Assembly (NCBI RefSeq): GCF_009914755.1 | Contig: NC_060945.1 | Length of the DNA: 64,000 nt | Strand: one strand, 5' to 3' | Source: the human T2T-CHM13v2.0 reference genome, Homo sapiens | In this document: positions 54,341 to 64,000 of the stretch, in pieces | Layout of the letters: each line of letters begins with the position of its first letter | Numbering within the stretch: the first letter of the stretch is position 1 | Notes under the pieces: generated by a model | What the model saw: only the letters and a program-made list of their open reading frames with translations | Told to the model about the DNA's origin: nothing | Database searches by the model: none | Translations under genes and position numbers: made by a program

Positions 54341-54641
54341 TGTTTTTTGTTTTTGGTTTTGAGACGGGGTCTCAGTCTATCACCCAAGCTGGAGTACAGT
54401 GACATAATCGTAGCTCACTGCAGCTTCAACTTCCCAGACTCAAGGGATCCTCCCAGTTTAGCCTCCCAAGTAGCTGGGACCACAGATGGATACCACAATG
54501 CCCAGCTAATTTTGACTTTTCTGGAGAGACGGGGTCTCCCTCTGTTGCCCAGGCTAGTCTCAACCTCCTGAACTCAAGCATTCCTCCTGCCTCTGCCTCC
54601 CAATGTGCTGAGATTACAGGAATGAGATAGCACATGTGGCT
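54341..54641 (-). mobile_element. AluJ, full length
   Basis: gagacggggtctcag...gctcactgcagcttcaacttcccagactcaagggatcctcc...gattacagg. Confidence 0.9.
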
Positions 54642-56228
54642 TAATTGGTATTTTTAATTGAAATATTGATGGTATTGTTTATAATGTTCAAAATTCTGAT
54701 GGTCATCTGGAGGAAGTCTTTTTCCTTTTTATCATATATGTAAAACCCTTGTTTCAGCAAAATAAATTTGTACAAACTGGAATAAAACACTTTTATAATT
54801 TCCTCTAACTCACCATTCAGAATTCAAGAAAGGTGTTCTATGAGAAATATTAAAAAATTATAACCCTATGAAGCAAAGATGGATAATTATGTAGAATATT
54901 AATGCTTATTGATGGTTTTGTCTGGAAAACTGTTCAAAATGTATTCAAAAATGCTCAAACTGGCATTAAAACCTATATTAACAGATGTACTCTATATTTA
55001 TGAAATTTTTTCTCATACTTCCTACCAGGATAAAATCAGATAAAATATGTAAGAAATATTACATTTAAAGGCAAATCTTATTTAATTAACTAAGACAAGT
55101 CCACAGTTAAATAAAAAGGACAGTGTGTAAATAATGCCTACAAAATCATTTCAAGACATTTCTCTCCACCTACTCTGTAGCTCATTGAGCTTATCCTTAC
55201 ATGTAATCAAGACATCACTTTCTAGAAAATCAGAAACATTGGTAAACTTAGGGATCTCAAATTTGGATTTGAGGGGAATTTTCCTATAGTTAAAAGCACT
55301 GAGGGTAAAACACAAAAGAGGCAAATTGAATGGTTCTTGGTTCTACTCTTTGGAATACAGGAACTGGTGAAAACAATAAAGGTATTTATGATATAATAAA
55401 TGTGACTTGAAAAATGTCACCAGGGGATCTGCAAAGCTAATAAATAAAAGTAAATTCCCTAATCTTAATATTGTATGATTCTAGCTATGTTAAATATTGT
55501 AACAAGAATGTCTTTGAATATTTATCAAACTGCAAAGCAAGAAAACAGTTCTGAAGGAGAAATACATAAATTAATACTACTGAATCAAAATATTGGAAAG
55601 CAAATTTGTGGTCAAATTTGTGCCTTAGGGAGGACTAGGACTACAACTAGGGTCTGACTTCACTCTTTCTGACTTACTTTTTTTTTTTTATTAAATCTTT
55701 TCTAAGACATGGTTTATGATTTAGAGATGGGCCCTGAAAAGCAGAAGCTTTCTCTTATCAGGCATTTCTACAAAGGTAATGAAAAGCAACAGAGTCCTTA
55801 TGAAATCCCTGTTTCCTGAAACAAGCTCTAAATGAGAGAGGGTGTTTTGCTACACAAACCCCGGGAAATTCTGGTTTTGTTTTATTGAAGAAACCAACCC
55901 AAATATTATGATATCAAAATGTTTCATGGTCAAATAATAATTTGAACTATAAATGCTCTGATTTTTCTCTGATTATTCTGTTAGCCTACTTGAAAGCTAA
56001 ATGCCCTTGCATAATATCCTTATGAAAACCTTTACTCAGCAACCAAAATTACCTATTTGGATTTCTTATTTTTAATATGTAAAAATGATTTGTTGTTTGT
56101 CATTAGAGTTATTTGTATGCATACATAAAAATATGGGTACAATTTCTGACTATATGGAAATCAACATATTCCTACACTCATGCCATGTCTTCTATGAGGG
56201 CTCCTACTGTGCTGATTTTACCACCTAT

Positions 56229-56705
56229 TGTAGGCAGACTAATGCCCTTTCCACCCAAAGATGCCCATGTCCTAATCTCCAACTGGTGAATACGTTAGGT
56301 TATATGGCAAAGGGAAATTCAGGTTGTCAATGAAATTGAGGTTGCTAATCAAGTGACCTTAAAATGAGGAAATTTTCTTACTGGGTGGGGCCAATCTAAT
56401 AACAGGTGGGGGATAAGTCAAATTCAGAGAGCTATTTGAACATGCTATGCTGCTGGCATTGAAGGTGGTGGAAGAAGCCATAAGCCAGGGAATGTAGGTG
56501 GTCACTAGAAGCTGGGAAAAGCAAGGAAATAGATTATCTCCAAGAGACTTCAGAAAGGAATACAACCCTGATGATGCCTTGATTTAGCCCAAGGGGACCA
56601 GTTTCAGACTTCTGAAGTCAAGAACTGCATGATAATAAAACATGTGTTGTTTTAAGCCACTAAAGTTGTGGTTATTTATTATAACAGGTATAGCAAATTA
56701 ATACA
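56229..56705 (+). mobile_element. MLT1D solo LTR
   Basis: tgtaggcagactaatg...cccaaagatgcccatgtcctaatc...atggcaaagggaaatt...ttttaagccactaaagttgtgg...aattaataca. Confidence 0.88.
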
Positions 56706-57073
56706 CTTCAGTATTTCTGATACTCATTAGGATAATAGTCCAAATCCCTCCCATGTCCTAAGAGGCATTGCATAAACAAGTCCCTTCTTCCCCTCTCATG
56801 GCATCTTGCCACATTCCTCTCTTTGTTACTGTGCTCAAGCAATGCTAACATTCTCTCATTTCCTTGAATGTGCCAAATTCTTCTACCAGAGGATGTTTGC
56901 CCTTGCCATTCCTTTGTCTAGATTGTTTCTCCTCCTACTCTTTGCTAGACTGGCTCTTTCTCATTCTTCAAGTTGTGGGTGTATGTTATCTTTACAGTAA
57001 GGCATCTGTGACCACTCTTAAAATATCTCACACACACACACGCACACATACAGAGCTTTTCTAGTATTCTTAT
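56706..57073 (+). mobile_element. L2 fragment, 5' part (split by HERV-H)
   Basis: ttaggataatagtccaaatccct...ttccttgaatgtgccaa...tttgcccttgcca...ctcattcttcaag. Confidence 0.75.
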
Positions 57074-57477
57074 TGTCAGGCCTCTGAGCCCAAGCTAAGC
57101 CATCATATCCCCTGTGACCTGCAGGTACACATCCAGGTGGCTGGTTCCTGCCTTAACTGATGACATTCCACCACCAAAGAAGTGAAAATGGCCTGTTCCT
57201 GCCTTAACTGATGACATTGTCTTGTGAAATTCCTTCTCCTGGCTCATCCTGGCTCAAAAACTCCCCCACTGAGTACCTTGTGACACCCAGTCCTGCCCAC
57301 CAGAGAACAACTCCCCTTTTTCCTTTACCTACCCAAATCCTATAAAAGGGCCCCACCCCTATCTTCCTTTGCTGACTCTCTTTTCAGACTCAGCCCACCT
57401 GCACCCAGGTGAAATAAACAGCTTTATTGCTCACACAAAGCCTGTTTGGTGGTCTCTTCACATGGACGGGCATGAAA
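57074..57477 (+). promoter_or_regulatory. HERV-H 5' LTR (LTR7)
   Basis: Duplicated gttcctgccttaactgatgacatt unit, TATAAAA near 57341, AATAAA near 57413. Confidence 0.95.
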
Positions 57478-57479
57478 TT

Positions 57480-57497
57480 TGTTGCCGTGACTCAGAT
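57480..57497 (+). promoter_or_regulatory. tRNA-His primer binding site (2 mismatches)
   Basis: TGTTGCCGTGACTCAGAT versus consensus TGGTGCCGTGACTCGGAT. Confidence 0.9.
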
Positions 57498-59190
57498 TGG
57501 GGGACCTCCCTTCGGAGATCGATCCCCTGTCCTCCTGCTCTTTGCTCCGTGAGAAAGGTCCACCTACAACCTCAGGTCCTCAGACCGATCAGCCCAAGAA
57601 ACATCTCACCAATTTCAAATCCAGTAAGCGGCCTCTTTTAACTCTCTTCTCCAACCTCTCTCACTGTCCCTCAACCTCTTTCTCCTTTCAATCTTGGCGC
57701 CACACTTCAATTTCTCCCTTCTCTTAATTTTAATTCCTTTCATTTTCTGGTAGAGACAAAGGAGACACGTTTTATCCGTGGACCCAAAACTCCGGTGCTG
57801 GTCACAGACTAGGGATGGCAGCCTTCCCTTTGTGTTTAATCATTGCAGGGATGCCTCTCTGATTATTCACCCAGGTTTCAGAGGTGTCAGACCACGCAGG
57901 GATGCCTGCCTTGGTCCTTCACCCTTAGTGGCAAGTCCTGTTTTTCTGGGGGAGGGGCAAGTACCCCAACCCCTTCTCTCCGTGTCTCTACCCCTTCTCC
58001 ACTTTTCTGGGGGAGGGGCAAGAACCCCTCAACCCCTTCTCCTTCACCCTTAGCAGCAAGTTCCATTTATCTAGGGGGCAAGAAACCCCAATCCCTTATT
58101 TCCATGCCCCGACCTCTTATCTCTGCACCCCAATCCTTATTTCTGTGCCCCAAAGTCTTATCTCTGCACCCCAACCCCTTATTTCCACACCCCAACCCCT
58201 TTCCCACTTTTCTGGAGGGTAAGAACCCCTGAACCCCTTCCCTCCATGTCTCTACTCTCTCTTTTCTCTGGGCTTGCTTCCGTCACTATAGGCAACCTTC
58301 CACCCTCCATTCCTGCTTCTTCTCTCTTAGCCAGTGTTCTCAAGAACTTAAAACCTCTTCAACTCACACCTGACCTAAAACCTAAATGCCTTATTTTCTT
58401 CTACAATGCCACTTGACCCCAATACAAACTTGACAGTGGTTCCAAATAGCCAGAAAATGGCATTTCCATTTTTTCCATCCTACAAGATCTAAATAATTCT
58501 TGTTGTAAAATAGCCAAATAGTCTGAGGTGCCTGACGTCCAGGCATTCTTTTACACATCAGTCCCTCCCTAGTCTCTGTTCCCAATGCAACTCATCCCAA
58601 ATCTTCCTTCTTTCCCTTCCACCTGTCCCCTCAGTCCCAACCCCAAGTGTTGCTGAGTCTTTCTAATCTTCCTTTTCTACAGACCCATCTGATCTCTCCC
58701 CTTCTAGCCAGGCCAAGCTAGGTCCTAATTCTTCCTCAGCCTCCACTCCTCCACCCTATAATCCTTTTATCACCTCCCCTCCTCACACGCTGTCCAGGTT
58801 ACAGTTTCCTTCCGTGACTAGCCCTCCCCCACCTGCCCAGCAGTTTACTCTTAAAAAGGTGGCTGGAGCTAAAGGCATAGTCAAGGTTAATGCTCCTGTT
58901 TCTTTATCCCAAATCAGATAGCGTTTAGGCTCTTTTTCATCAAATATAAAAACCCAGCCCAGTTCATGGCTCATTTGGCAGCAACCCTGAGATGCTTTAC
59001 AGCCCTAGACCCTAAAAAGTCAAGAGGCCGTCTTATTCTTAATACACATTTTATTACCCAATCTGCTCCTGACATTAAATAAAACTCCAAAAATTAAATT
59101 CCGGCCCTCAAACCCCACAACAGGACTTAATTAACCTTGCCCTCAAGGTGTGCAATAATAGAGGCAGCCAAGTAGCAACATATTTCTGAG

Positions 59191-59502
59191 TTGCAATTCC
59201 TTGCCTCCACTGTGAGACAAACCCCAGCCACATCTCCAGCACGCAAGAACTTCCAAATGCCTAAACCACAGTGGCCAGGCATTCCTCCAGAACTGCCTCC
59301 CCCAGGAGCTTGCTACAAGTGCCAGAAATCTGGCCACCAGGCCAAGGAATGCCTGCAGCCTGGGATTCCTCCTAAGCCATGTCCCATCTGTGTGGGATCC
59401 CACTGGAAATCAGACTGTTCAACTCACCTGGTAGCCACTCCCAGGGCCCCTGGAACTCTGGCCCAAGGCTCTCTGACTCCTTCCCAGATCTTCTCGGCTT
59501 AG
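59191..59502 (+). pseudogene. gag: HERV-H gag nucleocapsid remnant
   Basis: Two CCHC knuckles: CYKCQKSGHQAKEC and CPICVGSHWKSDC. Confidence 0.9.
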
Positions 59503-59582
59503 CGGCTGAAGACTAACACTGCCTGATTACCTCGGAAGCCCTGTAGACCATCACGGACACCGAGCTTTAAGTAACTCTCACA

Positions 59583-59900
59583 GTGGAGGGTAAGTCCGTC
59601 CCCTTCTTAATCAATACAGAGGCTACCCACTCCACATTACCTTCTTTTCAAGGGCCTGTTTCCCTTGCCTCCATAACTGACAGCCAGGCTTCTAAACCTC
59701 TTAAAACTCCCCAAACTGGTGCCAACTTAGACAATACTCTTTTAAGCACTCCTTTTAGTTATCCCCACCTGCCCAGTTCCTTTATTAGGCCGAGACACTT
59801 TAACTAAATTATCTGCTTCCCTAACTATTCCTGGACTACAGCTATATCTCATTGCTGCCCTTCTTCCCAATCCAAAGCCTCCTTTGCATCCTCCTCTTGT
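59583..59900 (+). pseudogene. pro: HERV-H protease remnant (inactive)
   Basis: FLINTEATHS where the active site should read FLIDTGA; frameshifted. Confidence 0.85.
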
Positions 59901-60189
59901 ATTACCCCACCTTAACCCACAAGTATAAGATACCTCTACTCCCTCCTTGGCGACCAATCATGCACCCCTTACCATCTCTTTAAAACCTAATCACTCTTAC
60001 CCTGCTCAATGCCAATATCCCATCCCACAGCATGCTTAGAAAGGATTAAAGCCTGTTATCACTCACCTGCCACACCATGGCCTTTTAAAGCCTGTAAACT
60101 CTCCTTACAATTCCCCCATTTTTCCTGTCCTAAAACCAGAAAAGCCTTACAGGTTAGTTCAAGACCTGCACCTTATCAACCAAATAGTT

Positions 60190-61197
60190 TTGCCTATCCG
60201 CCCCATGGTGCCAAACCCATATACTCTCCTATCCTCAATACCTCCCTCCACAATCCATTATTCTGTTCTGGATCTCAAACATGCTTTCTTTACTATTCCT
60301 TTGCACCCTTCATCCCAGCCTCTCTTTGCTTTCACCTGGACTCACCCTGACACCCATCAGTCCCAGCAGCTTACCTGGGCTGTGCTGCCACAAGGTTTCA
60401 AGGACGGCCCTCATTACTTCAGCCAAGCTCTTTCTCATGATTTACTTTCTTTCTACCCCTCCGCTTCTCACTTTATTCAATATATTGATGACCTTCTTCT
60501 TTGTAGCCCCTCCTTTGAATCTTCTCCACAAGACACACTTCTGCCCCTTCAGCATTTATTCTCCAAAGGATATCAGGTATCCCCCTCCAGAGCTCAAATT
60601 TCTTCTCCAACTGTTACCTACCTCAGCATAATTCTTCATAAAAATACACGTGCTCTCCCTGCCGATAGTGTCTGGCTAATCTCCCAAAGCCCAATCCCTT
60701 CTACAAAACAACAACTCCTTTCCTTCCTAGGCATGGTTGGATACTTTCACCTGTGGATACCTGGTTTTGCCATCCTGACAAAATCATTATATAAATTCAC
60801 AAAAGGAAACCTAGCTGACCCCATAGATCCTAAATCCTTTCCCCCGTTCTCTTTCCATTCCTTGAAGACAGCTTTAGAGACTGCCCCCACTCTAGCTCTC
60901 CCTAACTCATGCCAATCGTTTTCATTACACACAGCCGAAGTGCAGGGCTGTGCAGTCAGAATTCTTACACAAGGACCGGGATCGCATCCTGTAGCCTTTT
61001 TGTCCAAACAACTTGACCTTACTGTTTTAGGTTGGTCATCATGTCTCCGTGCAGCAGCTGCTGCCGCCCTAATACTTTTAGAGGCCCTTAAAATCACAAA
61101 CTGTGCTCAACTCACTCTCTACAGCTCTCATAATTTCCAAAATCCATTTTCTTCCAAACACCTGACACATATACTTTCTGCTCCCTGGCTCCTTTAG
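60190..61197 (+). pseudogene. pol: HERV-H pol reverse-transcriptase remnant (335-codon open stretch)
   Basis: VLDLKHAFF, LPQGF, QYIDDLL, FLGMVGYF, PVAFLSKQLD motifs. Confidence 0.92.
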
Positions 61198-62687
61198 CTG
61201 TACTCACTCTTTGTTGAGTCTCCCACAATTACCATTGTTCCTGGCCCAACTTCAATCCGGCCTCCCACATTATTCCTGATACCACACCTGACCCTCATGA
61301 CTGCATCTCTCTGATCCACCTGACATTCACCCCATTTCCCCACATTTCCTTCTTCCCTGTTTCTCACCCTGATCACACTTGGTTTATTGATGGTAGTTCC
61401 ACCAGGCCTAATCACCACACACCAGCAAAGGCAGGCTATGCTATAGTACAAGCCACTAGCCCGCGTCTTAAAACCTCTCATTTCCTTTCCATCATAGAAA
61501 TCTGTCCTCAAGTAAATAACTTCTCAGTGTTCCATCTGCTATTCTACTACCCCTCAGGGATTATTCAGGCCCCCTCCCTTCCCTACACATCAAGCTCAGG
61601 GATTTGACCCCACCCAGGACTGGCAAATTAGCTTTACTCAACATGCCCCGAGTCACAAAAACTAAAACACCTCTTAGTCTAAGCAGACACTTTCACTAGA
61701 TAGGTAGAAGCCTTTCCTACAGGGTCTGAGAAGGCCACTGCAGTCATTTCTTCCCTTCTGTCAGACATAATTCCTCAGTTTAGCCTTCCCACCGCTATAC
61801 AGTCTGATAACTGACCAGCCTTTATTAGTCAATCAGCCAAGCAGTTTTTCAGGCTCTTAGTATTCAGTGAAATCTTTATATTCCTTACAGTCCTCAGTCC
61901 TCAGGAAAAGTAGAACAGACTAAAGGTCTTTTAAAAACACACCTCACCAAGCTCAGCCACCAACTTAAAAAAGAACAGACAATACTTTTACCACTTTCCC
62001 TTCTCAGAATTCAGGTGTGTCCTCAGAATGCTACAAAGTACAGCCCATTTAAGCTCCTGTATAGATGCACCTTTTTATTAGGCCCCCGTCTCATTCCAGA
62101 CACCAGACCAACTTGGATTGTGCCCCAAAAAACTTGTCATCACTACTGTCTTCTGTCTAGTCATACTCCTATTCACCGTTCTCAACTACTCATACATGCC
62201 CTGCTCTTGTTTACACTGCCAGTTTACACTGTTTCTCCAAGCCATCACAGCTGATATCTCCTGGTGCTATCCCCAAACCGCCACTCTAACTCTTAAAGTA
62301 AATAAATAATCTTTGCTGGCAGGGCTATGCTGAACCTCCTTAGGCACTCTCTAATTAGATGTCCTGGATCCTCCCAATTCTTATTCCTTTAGTACCTGTT
62401 TTTCTCCTTATCTTATTCCGTTTAGTTTTTCAATTCATACAAAACCATATCCAGGCCATCACCAATAATTCTAAATGACAAATGTTTCTTCTAACAACCC
62501 CACAATATCACCCCTTACCACAAATCTTCCTTCAGTTTAATCTCTCCCACTCTAGGTTCCCACGCTGCCCCAATCCCGCTCGAAGCAGCCCTGAGAAACA
62601 TCGCCCATTATCTCTCCATACCATTCCCCAAAATTTTCGCCGTCCCAACATTTTACCACTATTTCATTTTATTTTTCTTATTAACAT

Positions 62688-62700
62688 AAGAAGACAGGAA
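62688..62700 (+). promoter_or_regulatory. Polypurine tract
   Basis: aagaagacaggaa immediately before the 3' LTR. Confidence 0.85.
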
Positions 62701-63106
62701 TGTCAGGCCTCTGAGCCCAAGCTAAGCCCTCATATCCCTTGTGACCTGCACGTACACATCCAGGTGGCCGGTTCCTGCCTTAACTGCTGACATTCGACCA
62801 CAAAAGAAGTGAAAATGGCCTGTTCCTGCCTTAACTGATGGCATTATCTTGTGAAATTCCTTTTCCTCGCTCATCCTGGCTCAAAAGCTCCCCCACTGAG
62901 TACCTTGTGACCCCCCCACTCCTGCCCGCCAGAGAAGAACCCCCCTTTTTCCTTTACCTATCCAAATCTTATAAAACAGCCCCACCCCTATCTCCCTTCA
63001 CTGACTCTCTTTTCGGACTCAGCCCACCTGCACCCAGGTGAAATAAACAGCTTTATTGCTCACACAAAGCCGGTTTGGTAGTCTCTTCACACGGATGCGC
63101 ATGAAA
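62701..63106 (+). promoter_or_regulatory. HERV-H 3' LTR (LTR7)
   Basis: Direct repeat of 57074-57477. Confidence 0.95.
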
Positions 63107-63111
63107 CTTAT

Positions 63112-63295
63112 TCGTTTTTTCTGCTTCTATTACTATTTGATACTCTCTTATTCAGCTGTTTACCTTTGTTTCTCACCCCTGCTTGAATGTAAGCTCCACA
63201 AAATTGGAAACAAACTTGTTTTCTGTTGAGTGCCCAGAATATAAACTGGACTCTTATACACATGAAAAGCTCCATAGTTATTGAAGGAAATAAGC
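63112..63295 (+). mobile_element. L2 3' end (continuation across HERV-H)
   Basis: ttgtttctcacccctgcttgaatgtaagctccac...ttattgaaggaaataa. Confidence 0.7.
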
Positions 63296-63339
63296 AGAGT
63301 GCTTCAACAATACCAAATGACTTGTGGCTATCAAAATGT

Positions 63340-63811
63340 TGTATTAGTCCACTCTCACATTGCTATAAAGAACTGCCCGAGACTGGGTAATTTATAAAGA
63401 CAAGAAGTTTAATTGACTTACAGTTCCACATGGCTGGGGAGGCCTCAGGAAACTTACAATCATGGCAGAAGGGGAAGAAGGTACACCTTACATGGTGGCG
63501 GGTGAGAGAGAGCAAGCAAAGGGGGAAGACCCCTGTATAAAACCATCAGATCTTGTGAGAACTCACTCATTATCATGAGAACAGCATGGGGGAAACTGTC
63601 CGCATGTTCCAATCACCTCCGACCAGGGCAAAGGGGGAAGACCCCTGTATAAAACCATCAGATCTTGTGAGAACTCATTCATTATCATGAGAACAGCATG
63701 GGGGAAACTGTATGCATGTTCCAATCACCTCTGACAAGGGCCCTTCCTAGACACCTGGTGATCACAATTTGAGAAGAGATTTGGGTGAGGACATAAAGCC
63801 AAACCATATCA
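63340..63811 (-). mobile_element. THE1 (C/D-like) solo LTR with internal 112-bp tandem duplication
   Basis: tgtattagtcc...gagactgggtaatttataaag...gaggcctcaggaaacttacaatcatggcagaagg...ccaaaccatatca. Confidence 0.92.
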
Positions 63812-64000
63812 GTGTTCATTCTTGCCTATATGCCTTGTGAACATAGTATTCACTCTGTTTTGTTCCCCTTGCCTGCTGAGACAATGCCAATGTGTTCTTT
63901 AATATTTAATTTTAATGTATCATCTCTCTGAAGATTTTGGTGACTGTCTTCATTTCTATTTCAGTATTCATTGCTATGTAAAAAACCATCCCCAATCATA

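Larger units (their letters stand above)
57074..63106 (+). mobile_element. HERV-H provirus (env-deleted type) with two LTR7
   Basis: Paired ~405-bp LTRs tgtcaggcctctgagccc...catgaaa; TSD CTTAT (57069-57073 / 63107-63111); His PBS; gag, pro and pol remnants; PPT. Confidence 0.97.

Noticed and set aside
62100-62690. Possible HERV-H env ORF
   Set aside because: Region is only ~600 bp, with no SU/TM or immunosuppressive-domain motifs; env is deleted.

Overview
Primate genomic DNA, probably human or another great ape (AluY and an L1PA2-like insert are present). It is AT-rich, with no CpG island and no supportable protein-coding exon, so it reads as gene desert or deep intron. About half is interspersed repeat: L1M/L1MA/L1PB/L1PA8 pieces, Alus, MIR/L2, MaLR and ERVL LTRs, and a two-LTR HERV-H (LTR7) provirus at 57074-63106 with a CTTAT target-site duplication (TSD). 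Most long ORFs in the track are L1, HERV-H or Alu remnants; the rest match nothing I recognise. The least expected signals are: a heavily decayed retroelement pol fossil at ~15.98-17.52 kb (RT, connection, second RNase H and integrase Zn-finger in collinear order); a tailless retroposed 5' half of tRNA-Cys; a ~200-bp young twin-primed L1 with a non-L1 linker; loss of the LTR7 SOX2/3 motif only in the 5' LTR; and two CpG-retaining patches in AT-rich unique DNA. Subfamily names come from recalled consensus sequences read by eye, not database searches. I cannot identify the locus and see no evidence of a new functional multi-gene system.
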